Shown piece after piece: positions 18,812 through 27,689 of a DNA stretch of 64,000 nt. A program made the translations under genes and the position numbers. The stretch lies in sequence record NC_024794.1; one strand, written 5' to 3'. Within the stretch, counting starts at the first letter, position 1, and each line of letters starts with the position of its first letter. The stretch comes from Escherichia phage vB_EcoM_PhAPEC2. The notes under the pieces are model-generated. The model searched no databases. It worked only from the letters and a program-made list of their open reading frames with translations, and was not told where the DNA came from.

Positions 18812-19060
18812 TTATTCTTTTTCGCGAATAATAATTACTTGTTGAGGCTGCTGAGCAGATTTCTTTTCGGCAACGATAGACCAAATTAAAGTTCCAATCC
18901 AACCAACCATCGTCCAGTTAAAGAGTAAAGATACAAAGAAGATTGCTGTTGTGCTTTTTGTGCCACGAATAAGTGCGATTACCCAAGGCAACATGTAAAT
19001 GATGATTGAACCAATACCTGCGATTAAAACTGCTACTGAACTAGCTACGAATAATTCCAT
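18812..19060 (-). CDS. small membrane protein
   Basis: 82 aa, two hydrophobic helices; SD AAGAGGAAA. Confidence 0.5.
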   Translation of the reverse strand: MELFVASSVAVLIAGIGSIIIYMLPWVIALIRGTKSTTAIFFVSLLFNWTMVGWIGTLIWSIVAEKKSAQQPQQVIIIREKE

Positions 19061-19067
19061 GTTAATT

Positions 19068-19115
19068 TCCTCTTGATTTGTTATGTTTATAGTATCTTGT
19101 TTTAACTTTGGTGTA
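19068..19115 (-). promoter_or_regulatory. early promoter
   Basis: minus strand GTTTAC, 17 nt, TACTAT. Confidence 0.45.
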
Positions 19116-19121
19116 AACCAA

Positions 19122-19490
19122 TTAATTAAATTTGTTTAAACGTTCAATACACTGGATGTAGTTATTCGCGATTTGTTTCTGGGTAGGCTCTTTACCAGTT
19201 GTTTCAACATAGCGAATGAATGCGATTTCAGTAGCCTGTAAACAATGCTCTTTAACACGTTGTTCTTTTGTCAATGCTACAGTATCAGAATCACGATAAC
19301 GTTGAGCATGAGCATCAGCTTGAATCATTCGATTACCTACAGTAACCGGGTCTTCCACTTCAACTTTAGGTTGTTCATATTGTTTAACATTCGGATTGTA
19401 AATCAGTTGGCCAACGTTATTAGGGATAAAGCCATGGGCACCACATCCGGTTAATCCAAATACCATTGCTAAAGCGATTAATTTTTTCAT
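19122..19490 (-). CDS. putative lipoprotein
   Basis: 122 aa; signal peptide with lipobox LTGC. Confidence 0.55.
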   Translation of the reverse strand: MKKLIALAMVFGLTGCGAHGFIPNNVGQLIYNPNVKQYEQPKVEVEDPVTVGNRMIQADAHAQRYRDSDTVALTKEQRVKEHCLQATEIAFIRYVETTGKEPTQKQIANNYIQCIERLNKFN

Positions 19491-19504
19491 TTCAATTTCC
19501 TCTG

Positions 19505-19555
19505 TAGTTGATAGAAAGATAGTAACACAGTATGCGGTGCTTGTAAACAGTTATT
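19505..19555 (-). promoter_or_regulatory. early promoter
   Basis: minus strand GTTTAC, 17 nt, TACTAT-like, SD AGAGGAAA. Confidence 0.4.
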
Positions 19556-19560
19556 TAAAA

Positions 19561-19770
19561 TTATCGAAAATCTGCTTCGAAAACTTTCTCGTCATTAACA
19601 AATGCTTTAACCAGTGCACTGTTCACTTCAGCAAGTTGTACCGCAACCCACTCGATTTCTTCACGGTCGCCTGATAACATGATATCTTTAGTGAACATCT
19701 CACCGCTTTTAAACCAACCAATAAAAGTAACTTTAGTTAATTTGCTCATATTTCCTCGCAAAATGCCCAT
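19561..19770 (-). CDS. small protein, possibly Dmd-like
   Basis: 69 aa; FIGWFK..MFTK..VKAFVNDEKV resembles my recollection of T4 Dmd; tentative. Confidence 0.35.
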   Translation of the reverse strand: MGILRGNMSKLTKVTFIGWFKSGEMFTKDIMLSGDREEIEWVAVQLAEVNSALVKAFVNDEKVFEADFR

Positions 19771-20063
19771 TCAGCGTGATAAACTGTAGCACCTTTAGTA
19801 TCATTCATTTGAACTACGTCTACCGGAGAAATTACTCGATAGAGACGTGGTTCACCTCCATAAGAGCGTGCTGCTCGTCCTGCATAAATCTTTGCTAAAC
19901 CGATATCTTCAGTAAAGAATACACGATCCAAGTTTTTCTTACGTCCAGTTTCAGACAGAACTCCTGTTTCCTCAGGAGGACAAAGCATGTTTTCGATGTT
20001 AGCTGAACTACTTGAACCGTGATAAAAAATCTTAAATTCTGCTTTACAATCGATGGTTTTCAT
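19746..20063 (-). CDS. hypothetical protein
   Basis: 105 aa; SD GGAGAA; early promoter upstream. Confidence 0.5.
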   Translation of the reverse strand: MKTIDCKAEFKIFYHGSSSSANIENMLCPPEETGVLSETGRKKNLDRVFFTEDIGLAKIYAGRAARSYGGEPRLYRVISPVDVVQMNDTKGATVYHAEWAFCEEI

Positions 20064-20071
20064 TTTGTTCT

Positions 20072-20112
20072 CCAGTAGTTGATATGTCTATAATAACACA
20101 ACTACTGGAGAA
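20072..20112 (-). promoter_or_regulatory. early promoter with anti-SD spacer
   Basis: minus strand GTTTAC, TTCTCCAGTAGTTGTGT, TATTAT; 13-bp inverted repeat with the SD region. Confidence 0.55.
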
Positions 20113-20118
20113 GTAAAC

Positions 20119-20493
20119 TTAAAAATGTAATTTAGATACGTCTGCGTTGATTTCGTTTTGGTTCGCGTCATATGCAATTAAACGAACCGCTTTAGACGGG
20201 TCATTCAATGCATAGAAATGATGGAACATTGCTCGAACGATATCACCATTTACGAGTTCTACCTGGATAGGAGAACCTTTTTCGAGTTGGAAATGTTCAT
20301 AAGCTTTGATGGTTCGTAGATAATCAAGTTTTTGATTTCCGGCTCCAACAATTTGTACGATACGTTTGCCCATGTTTTCCATACGAGATACAATAGTTTT
20401 AGGAGCAAGAATAACGTAGGTTGCCAGTGGAGAAACTACTTCAACAGTTGTGTTTTCGGTGATTGCAGTAAAAATTGCTTGAGACATATTCAT
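20119..20493 (-). CDS. hypothetical protein
   Basis: 124 aa; SD AAGAGGAAAA. Confidence 0.5.
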   Translation of the reverse strand: MNMSQAIFTAITENTTVEVVSPLATYVILAPKTIVSRMENMGKRIVQIVGAGNQKLDYLRTIKAYEHFQLEKGSPIQVELVNGDIVRAMFHHFYALNDPSKAVRLIAYDANQNEINADVSKLHF

Positions 20494-20519
20494 AATGTTT
20501 TCCTCTTGGTTGGTGTAAG

Positions 20520-20553
20520 TACATCATATCATGCCTAGAGGAAGATGTAAACC
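20520..20553 (-). promoter_or_regulatory. early promoter
   Basis: minus strand GTTTAC, 18 nt, TATGAT. Confidence 0.45.
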
Positions 20554-20555
20554 CC

Positions 20556-20580
20556 GAAAGGAGACCGAAGTCTCCTTTTT
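20556..20580. terminator. UUCG-type hairpin after gene 41 (possibly bidirectional)
   Basis: GGAGAC-CGAA-GTCTCC; T-run follows on plus strand, A-run precedes on minus strand. Confidence 0.35.
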
Positions 20581-20581
20581 A

Positions 20582-22024
20582 TTAAAATTTTAACTCATTG
20601 GCTAAGCTATCTAGGTCAGCCCGTGTTGCTTTGGCTTTACCTACGCGTTCCGTACGATTCACCTCTGCCTGACGCATCTGAGCACCTGCGTTTTCATTTA
20701 CTGTGTTAGGTGTGTTCATGCCTTCTTGCTCAATCTCAATCCATTTCTGGTTGCCTTTACGTACACCCATCAGGAATTTATTCCACTTATTCTTATCACC
20801 ATATCGTGATTTGATTTGTTTGATAAGTTGTTGTTCAGCTTGTGCAAGTTCTTCGGTTTCAATTACGGCCAACATGAAATCTGCCGTTGCTGGTAAACCT
20901 GCTGATTCTGCGATATCACTCATGTTCATGTCTGAAGCATCCCATGCTGCACGTCCTACTTGAGCTGCAGTCCATAGAACTGTTTCAGATTCTACTGCTA
21001 ATGCACGAAGTTCTTCTGCGATAGCTTTAACTAATGTGTAGCTATTTTCAGTGTAAACTCTGATACGACAAGACCCACAAATACCTAAGTAATCAACCAT
21101 GATTACAGATGGCACAAAGTTCTTCTTGAGTTTCAATTCATTAAGCAATGCACGGAATGTATTAGCATTAGCTCCGCCAGTAGGATACTGTTTAACTACT
21201 AAACGTCCTAATGTTGTTTTTGAACGCCATTTTTCCATCTTGGCTTTATATTCAGCATAAGATACGTTACCATCATCGATATCATCGAGTGATACGTCAA
21301 GCATGTTTGCATCTATACGCTTAGCACAAACTTCTTCGGCCATTTCCATGGAAATATAAAGAACGTTATGACCTGTTTGAAGATAATCTGCAGCAAGTGA
21401 ACAAAGGCCTAAAGATTTACCAACGTTAACACCGGCCATTAAAACATTCAGTGTACCGGTTTCAGCACCACCTTTAGTGATTTTATTCAGAATGTTTAAT
21501 TTGAACGGGACCTTACGTGCTTTATTTAGATAAGAAAGCCAGCGTGCTTCGTAGTCTTCCATCCAGTCATGTCCAACATAACTATCAAACGAAATTGAAA
21601 GTGCTTGACGCATAATATCAGGAATAGCTCCTACATCAGGCATTTTCTTGTTACGTTGTTCTGGAGGTAGTTCAGCATTAGTCTGAATCTCAATGATTTT
21701 GGATGTAGCATTATACATCGCTTTTTGCTGGACATATTTCTCAGTTTCTTTAACCAACCATTCGTGGTCTTCAGGAGTATCAGCCAATTTTTCAATTAGG
21801 TCTGAAGTTCCTTTATATTCGGCTTCAGTTAAAGAACTGTTATCTAAAGCCACCTTTAATGCATTGATAGATGGCATTGCATTATATTCGTTAACGTGGC
21901 TCTTTATAATTTTAAAGACGTTTTTTGCCGGTCCACGCTCAAAATACTCAGAATCCATATAAGGCCAGACCTTAGAAAAATAAGCCTGGTCGTATACTAG
22001 ATGAGACAAAATAATTTCTACCAC
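20582..22024 (-). CDS. 41: replicative DNA helicase (DnaB-like)
   Basis: 480 aa; GTG start with SD AAGGAG; matches remembered T4 gp41 along its length. Confidence 0.92.
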   Translation of the reverse strand: MVEIILSHLVYDQAYFSKVWPYMDSEYFERGPAKNVFKIIKSHVNEYNAMPSINALKVALDNSSLTEAEYKGTSDLIEKLADTPEDHEWLVKETEKYVQQKAMYNATSKIIEIQTNAELPPEQRNKKMPDVGAIPDIMRQALSISFDSYVGHDWMEDYEARWLSYLNKARKVPFKLNILNKITKGGAETGTLNVLMAGVNVGKSLGLCSLAADYLQTGHNVLYISMEMAEEVCAKRIDANMLDVSLDDIDDGNVSYAEYKAKMEKWRSKTTLGRLVVKQYPTGGANANTFRALLNELKLKKNFVPSVIMVDYLGICGSCRIRVYTENSYTLVKAIAEELRALAVESETVLWTAAQVGRAAWDASDMNMSDIAESAGLPATADFMLAVIETEELAQAEQQLIKQIKSRYGDKNKWNKFLMGVRKGNQKWIEIEQEGMNTPNTVNENAGAQMRQAEVNRTERVGKAKATRADLDSLANELKF

Positions 22025-22033
22025 GATAACTCC

Positions 22034-22375
22034 TTAAAAGAATTTAAATTTTTTCTTGGTTCGTTCATTAAAAGCTTGTTGTACTTGCATTGTAACACAT
22101 TTTTCAACATGTGGTGCAAGTTCTGCTTTTCTGTCCTGGTCAAGAACTGCAAAGTCCATTACGATTTTACCATCAACCCAGTCTAGTTTTGTAATATAGA
22201 CTATATGATGGGAACCGTCTTCAAGTGTAATCAGAATCTCTTGAATGACATTTTCCATTGCTGAACGGATAATTTTAAGAGATTCATTAAACACTCGTTC
22301 TTTGCGAATGTCTTCCCCTTCCGAAGAAGGGGATTCATCAACGATTTCTAGATTTAAATCATCGAGATTATTCAT
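22034..22375 (-). CDS. 40: hypothetical protein at gene 40 position
   Basis: track ORF 22034..22396; likely start at internal ATG overlapping the uvsX stop; synteny only. Confidence 0.45.
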   Translation of the reverse strand: MNNLDDLNLEIVDESPSSEGEDIRKERVFNESLKIIRSAMENVIQEILITLEDGSHHIVYITKLDWVDGKIVMDFAVLDQDRKAELAPHVEKCVTMQVQQAFNERTKKKFKFF

Positions 22376-23540
22376 CGAAATCTTCCATTTCGTCAAGGTC
22401 GTTTTCTATATCTGCTGCAGACGGAGCATCAGAAGTTTTAACCGGAACTTTAGTTGTTGCTTTGCAATTAATAAGGTCGTTAACAGCGTCATCAACTTCT
22501 TTAATAGAAGAGATAGCACCTAGTTTATATTTAGTTTCAATTGCATCTCGGAAAGGTTTGTGTTTAAACAAAGGTCCCCAGAATTCTACACAATCAGTAG
22601 CTTTAGCACGCCACGATTTCTCTTCACGAATCATTTCGCCTGTTTCTTCGTCAAGGAATTCACGAGCATACCAGCCGGCTTTAGGCTTAACAACAAATCC
22701 AATTTCAGTTGCCATTTCTAACAAGCCACTGAATGGGTCGATACCACCATCAAAATTAACTGTGATTGGGAAAGTAGATTTTTCTTTAACTGTACGAGAT
22801 TTTTCTGCTTTCAACGTGAAGTCATAACCGGTCAATTCTGTACCTTCTTTAACCTGACGTTTAGAGATAAAGAATACAGTGTTAGCAGAGTAAAGAATAC
22901 CTGTACCACCACCCATAATCTCTTTAGGATACAATCCGCCAATTTCCATTGCGGTATGGTTAATTGCAACACACGGAATATCTTTAATAGTCAGATACGG
23001 GGTCACAATGCGGAACAGAGATTTAAGTGCCTTAGCACGAGACATATCACCTACAACTTTCTCGTTCAATGCATCTTCGGTTTCTTTCTTAGATGCAGTA
23101 TTACCGATTGAATCGATAAAGATAATAACTTTATCACCGCGTTCAATAGCGTCAAGCTGATTAGTCATATCAACTTTAAGTTGTTCGACAGATTGAATCG
23201 GAGTATGAACTACACGGTCTAAATCAACACCCATTGAACGAAAATAAGATTCCGAAGCACCGAATTCTGAGTCATAAAACAAACAGATTGCATCTTTATA
23301 TTTCTTCATATACGCTGCAACCATAGTCAGCCCAAACAACGTTTTAAAGTGTTTAGAAGGAGCAGCAAAAATAGTTAAGCCTGATTGCAATCCTGCATTC
23401 AGAGCACCACCTAGTGCAATATTCAACATCGGAATACGAGTAGGGACTTCATCACGATTATTAAACAGCTTAGACTTAGTCAAGTCTGCAGTCATTTTAG
23501 AAGTAGAAGCTTTAATCAGACGAGATTTTAAATCAGACAT
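22368..23540 (-). CDS. uvsX: UvsX recombinase (RecA-like)
   Basis: 390 aa; N-terminus MSDLKSRLIKASTSK; RecA core motifs. Confidence 0.92.
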   Translation of the reverse strand: MSDLKSRLIKASTSKMTADLTKSKLFNNRDEVPTRIPMLNIALGGALNAGLQSGLTIFAAPSKHFKTLFGLTMVAAYMKKYKDAICLFYDSEFGASESYFRSMGVDLDRVVHTPIQSVEQLKVDMTNQLDAIERGDKVIIFIDSIGNTASKKETEDALNEKVVGDMSRAKALKSLFRIVTPYLTIKDIPCVAINHTAMEIGGLYPKEIMGGGTGILYSANTVFFISKRQVKEGTELTGYDFTLKAEKSRTVKEKSTFPITVNFDGGIDPFSGLLEMATEIGFVVKPKAGWYAREFLDEETGEMIREEKSWRAKATDCVEFWGPLFKHKPFRDAIETKYKLGAISSIKEVDDAVNDLINCKATTKVPVKTSDAPSAADIENDLDEMEDFDE

Positions 23541-23638
23541 TGTATTTTTCCATAGGCATCATTATATTTTACTCATGTTTAAAAGATAAGATGATTATAT
23601 ACTAAGGGTTATACAGCATTTAAAACTTTAAATGGCTC

Positions 23639-24187
23639 TTAACGGGCCCATTTGATGATTTCTGTAATCAAACCATTACGTTCGCTTGCATTAAATCCTA
23701 TAACTTTGTTAGCACCATCATGATTAAGTAATTGATACGTTTGGATTTTGTTATGAATTGCAAACTCTTCAAAATGTGAAATGACTGTATTAAAACCGAA
23801 TGAAGACAAAGTAATAAGGTCGTCTTCAAAACTTTCAGTCATTTCGTTACGTGTTAAAATAATTGTGAACACATCATGGTTTTGGCAAAGACGAACATAA
23901 TCCTGCTCATAAACATCAAGAACAGAGTCCGCATCTTGTCGAATACGTCCATAAACCCAGTTACTAATATATCCACGGTCTAACAGATAAATCTTAGTAG
24001 GGTCTAAATAATTCAACATCGTTTCGAAACAGCCAACTTCATTTCGAGACTTAACATCGAAACGTCCATCAACTGTTCGTTTAGGGAAATCAATCTTTAC
24101 ATATCTTTCACTAATTTCCATTATGTCATTAATGAAAGTTGTTTTACCGGCATTATCCGGGCCATCTACTAAAATAATTTTAGCCAT
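23639..24187 (-). CDS. P-loop kinase (NMP-kinase fold)
   Basis: 182 aa; Walker A GPDNAGKTT, LLDRGY motif; occupies the slot where T4 has beta-glucosyltransferase. Confidence 0.5.
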   Translation of the reverse strand: MAKIILVDGPDNAGKTTFINDIMEISERYVKIDFPKRTVDGRFDVKSRNEVGCFETMLNYLDPTKIYLLDRGYISNWVYGRIRQDADSVLDVYEQDYVRLCQNHDVFTIILTRNEMTESFEDDLITLSSFGFNTVISHFEEFAIHNKIQTYQLLNHDGANKVIGFNASERNGLITEIIKWAR

Positions 24188-24188
24188 T

Positions 24189-25091
24189 TTATTCCTCGAT
24201 TACGACATCTTCGTATTTAGGTATATTATACGGTGAAGAAATTAAAGCATTAAAGTAGATGAACTCACCAAGACCTGGATGGAATACTTCTTCAGGATTT
24301 TCGAAATATTGAATCTTCGGACGTCCTTTAAGAATTTGATAGTACTCAGTTTTAGTTGGATTAAAAATTCGAATCAGCGCTTCTTCAGGATACTTATTTC
24401 TGTCGAAACTATTATTTGGATCAGTTATATAAAGCGGTTGACCTAATTGAATTGCGCATTCAACAACTTGTTCAAAACGATAGCATGGGTCACTAATTCG
24501 AAATGGATGAAAAATACCATCTAGATGAATAGGAGCCAAATCACCTACAAGACGCTGCATGATGGAAGGACGTATAACTTTCTGAGTTACGATAATCTTA
24601 TTACCATCTGCACCTGCGTTAACCAGCACTTCTTTTTGACGTTCATTCAACACAGTAGTTTGAAGTGAACGATTAACTGACAACATATCGGTTTTTAAGA
24701 ATTCGTCAATATAAAAACGTGGTTTATTAGGGTCTGCCGTGATATTGAAATTGAATTCTACATCAAAAGCGCCGTCATATCCAGTGATATCTGTTATTAG
24801 AAAATCACAATCATAATAAGCAATTAATGAATCAACCACAAATTCATTTTCAGACCAGAAATATTTACGAGTGTTATACGCGTTATCTTTATACCATAAT
24901 GGAACAAACTTAAATTCCGGGAAAAGACGTTCACATTCTTTAATATCAGATGCATTACGTGGATATGTAATCACATCACCTGGATTAGCACGGTGCAAAT
25001 GAAGTTGGAAGTTGCCATCCTTAAGGATAGCATACTGTCCAGTTTCATAAGACCGCATACTCAAAATAGGTACGCGGAATTTATTAGCCAT
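24189..25091 (-). CDS. hypothetical protein (300 aa) in the beta-gt slot
   Basis: TAATG-coupled to gene 42; no motif recognised. Confidence 0.5.
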   Translation of the reverse strand: MANKFRVPILSMRSYETGQYAILKDGNFQLHLHRANPGDVITYPRNASDIKECERLFPEFKFVPLWYKDNAYNTRKYFWSENEFVVDSLIAYYDCDFLITDITGYDGAFDVEFNFNITADPNKPRFYIDEFLKTDMLSVNRSLQTTVLNERQKEVLVNAGADGNKIIVTQKVIRPSIMQRLVGDLAPIHLDGIFHPFRISDPCYRFEQVVECAIQLGQPLYITDPNNSFDRNKYPEEALIRIFNPTKTEYYQILKGRPKIQYFENPEEVFHPGLGEFIYFNALISSPYNIPKYEDVVIEE

Positions 25092-25807
25092 TAGTCAAGA
25101 AATCCTTTAACATAATCAAAATCACGTTCAAACACATGGGCACTTACCATGGTATGAGTATAATCACCAACTTCTACACCGCATTCGTTAGCGATATAAT
25201 GAAGTAATTTTCCTTGGAGATAAAAATCCAACTGCATAACAACAGCACAGTTCTGAGAACGCATATGGCAGTGGGTATAAAGCTTACCATCGCGAATATA
25301 ATAAGTCACTGAGTCAGTACATGGATATTCAAGCGTTTCGTCCGAATCAAGCAAAGCCTGATCAGAACTTTCTAGAATTTGGAACACAACTCTTCGAGAG
25401 TTAGGCTTCTCTTTAAGTTCTTTTAGAAGAGCTGGTAATTGGGCCGCAATGCGAGGACCGTAGAAAGTGTTGAAGTTCGCAGGCAAAACATCTGATTTAG
25501 GTTTAGAAATAAATTTAGCGACATTAGGATATGCCTTAAATGCTTCTTCTGCATCAGTACCACCAGAAATCATAAACTTCCAGAAGTCTTCGGCATATTC
25601 ATAAGAGATGCGGTTAATACGTGGGTCGGTCATTTTGAATGATGATGGAGTGTCAACAACTACTGTCATAGACCCAATTTCATTACAACGTCCAATACGA
25701 GAATCAGTTACGAATTCCGGGTTTTCTAAAATTTCACGATTGACTGCTTTAAATGCGGCTTGAAAATCTGCGGCTTTGATATATTTCATTGTGTTATGTT
25801 TTCCCAT
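25091..25807 (-). CDS. 42: dCMP hydroxymethylase (thymidylate-synthase fold)
   Basis: 238 aa; CTDSVTYYIRDGKLYTHCHMRSQN and AHVFERD align to remembered T4 gp42 (CTNTVQYLIRD...NMRSND, LHVYSRH). Confidence 0.85.
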   Translation of the reverse strand: MGKHNTMKYIKAADFQAAFKAVNREILENPEFVTDSRIGRCNEIGSMTVVVDTPSSFKMTDPRINRISYEYAEDFWKFMISGGTDAEEAFKAYPNVAKFISKPKSDVLPANFNTFYGPRIAAQLPALLKELKEKPNSRRVVFQILESSDQALLDSDETLEYPCTDSVTYYIRDGKLYTHCHMRSQNCAVVMQLDFYLQGKLLHYIANECGVEVGDYTHTMVSAHVFERDFDYVKGFLD

Positions 25808-25849
25808 GTTTACCTCAATACAATTTATTATATACTCAATTCATAAAGC

Positions 25850-26089
25850 TTATTTGAATTTCTTGGCAATGTTGATATAACGTAAAGCTTCAGAATCTAT
25901 ACTTCCAAGAACACTATGAAGGAATGCATCAGTGTAGTATTCCAATTGAACAGGTTCTTTAATCACTTTAGCCGCTTTGGTTTCAAACAGGCCCATAAGG
26001 GCCTTTTTAAGAATTTGTTCGTTAGTGTTCAGTTTAATAGTCAAAATCTCTTCATTAAGTTTATAATTAAAAGTTTTTCTAGAAATCAT
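25850..26089 (-). CDS. hypothetical protein
   Basis: 79 aa; ATGA-coupled to downstream gene. Confidence 0.45.
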   Translation of the reverse strand: MISRKTFNYKLNEEILTIKLNTNEQILKKALMGLFETKAAKVIKEPVQLEYYTDAFLHSVLGSIDSEALRYINIAKKFK

Positions 26090-27261
26090 TCCGGGTACCT
26101 CAAAGCGTCATCAGAGTTAGTTATATCAATAATAGATATGGAGTTTTCTGCTAACCCGTTTTTAGATAATTGACGTTTATAATACCTTTCACAATATGTA
26201 CACGTTGACCCACAGATTTCATTAGCACAATCAAAATCTGGATGTCTGAACCACCTTTTTTCTAAAAAGCCATCTAACAAAGAGGTTTCAATATTTACTG
26301 TATGTGAAAACTCAGTCTCATTTTCAAGAGTGAAAATAGTCTCTAAAGGCTTCCACAGTTCTAACAAATTACCTTCAAACTTTTCAGAAGCGTATGCTTC
26401 AAGAACTTTCAAAATGTAGTCTGTGCTACCTGTACGTCCTGAAACTTTGAATTGAGTGATACCAATATCATTATAAAGTTTCAAATCTTGTGGACGAACA
26501 AAACGAGTTCTCAACCAGTTAAATGGGTCTGTATCACGAGCTTTAATACAGTGCTGCATTGGATATCCGTTTAAGGATTTAGCATCATCAGCTGTAACAT
26601 CAGTACTATGGAAAATATAGCAAGAGTCACGATAGCTACAATGTGTTGTATACCCTTTACCAGCATTAGAACAGAACTCATTTACAAGAACTTCAAATAT
26701 TATATTGTTCTTATTGCAAAACTCTGCTGCACGCTTCAGGAAAGAAACTGAACGGTTCTTATGAATTCCGCAACAGACCTTTTTGATATTATATTGGTCA
26801 TGCAAGTATTTGATTTGAGTTACAGCATCGACATGTAGAATTGTTGAAACTTCAATCTCAATGTCTTTATTGACTTCACGAACAATTTCCATAACAACAG
26901 GGTTAGCGATAGTAATACGCCATACACCTATTGACCAAAGATACTGAACATAATCCTGAATAGCTTTCTTCTTCCACTCAACTAGTTCTCTTTTTGAACC
27001 AGGATTTATCGTGTTGAGTGTATAGTTAAAGCAAATACCTAATTCGTTACAACGTTTAACGTAATCTTCTAACATCTTTTTGTCAACGTCAGGAAGCCTA
27101 AAATCAGGTCTGGCTGCTACAAAAGCCATTTCTCTTGTAGAGCCGTATACTTCGTTTATCAAGCTATTAGGATAAGTTTTATTGAGCTCTACGATTTTAT
27201 CAAGAAGAGCTAAATCAAAATTCGTTCCAATTTTAAAAGTATTCATTTTTTTGCATCTCAC
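26086..27261 (-). CDS. U32-family-like protein (putative Fe-S enzyme)
   Basis: 391 aa; cysteine cluster EFCSNAGKGYTTHCSYRDSC and KVSGRTGS resembling the U32 KIEGR signature; assignment from motif memory. Confidence 0.45.
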   Translation of the reverse strand: MRCKKMNTFKIGTNFDLALLDKIVELNKTYPNSLINEVYGSTREMAFVAARPDFRLPDVDKKMLEDYVKRCNELGICFNYTLNTINPGSKRELVEWKKKAIQDYVQYLWSIGVWRITIANPVVMEIVREVNKDIEIEVSTILHVDAVTQIKYLHDQYNIKKVCCGIHKNRSVSFLKRAAEFCNKNNIIFEVLVNEFCSNAGKGYTTHCSYRDSCYIFHSTDVTADDAKSLNGYPMQHCIKARDTDPFNWLRTRFVRPQDLKLYNDIGITQFKVSGRTGSTDYILKVLEAYASEKFEGNLLELWKPLETIFTLENETEFSHTVNIETSLLDGFLEKRWFRHPDFDCANEICGSTCTYCERYYKRQLSKNGLAENSISIIDITNSDDALRYPE

Positions 27262-27302
27262 GTTAATTGATGCGATGGTTTTTGCAGGTCTTACTTAAAT
27301 TA

Positions 27303-27689
27303 TTATAGATTCGGTTTATATGATTTAAATGTTTCGAATTCGCCTTTATTCATAAGAGCTTTGAATTCGTCAGGACGCATAGCTTTGTCGTCGATAATCC
27401 AATCATATACTGGTTTATGTGTTAGCAAATTATGGTACTTCAAGCCAATGTTTGCCAAGTTCTGAATCAGACTTGGGAGAATGTCAATTGCTATACGACC
27501 AGGACCTACTGACTTCATACCGCGAGCAGTGTAAAGCGTTATGGTATGCCCTGCATCATACAGGGCATTAATGGCAGACACCATTTCGACGTCTGGTTTG
27601 AAGTTCACGTAATCACGATTGTTATTCCACTCTGTTATACAATCATCGACATCAAAACAAAGATTAAGCATGTTTTCTACACGGTGCAT
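27303..27689 (-). CDS. small HAD-superfamily phosphatase
   Basis: track ORF 27303..27704; HAD motif I FDVDDCIT near N-terminus, later IIDDKA; start probably overlaps upstream stop. Confidence 0.55.
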   Translation of the reverse strand: MHRVENMLNLCFDVDDCITEWNNNRDYVNFKPDVEMVSAINALYDAGHTITLYTARGMKSVGPGRIAIDILPSLIQNLANIGLKYHNLLTHKPVYDWIIDDKAMRPDEFKALMNKGEFETFKSYKPNL

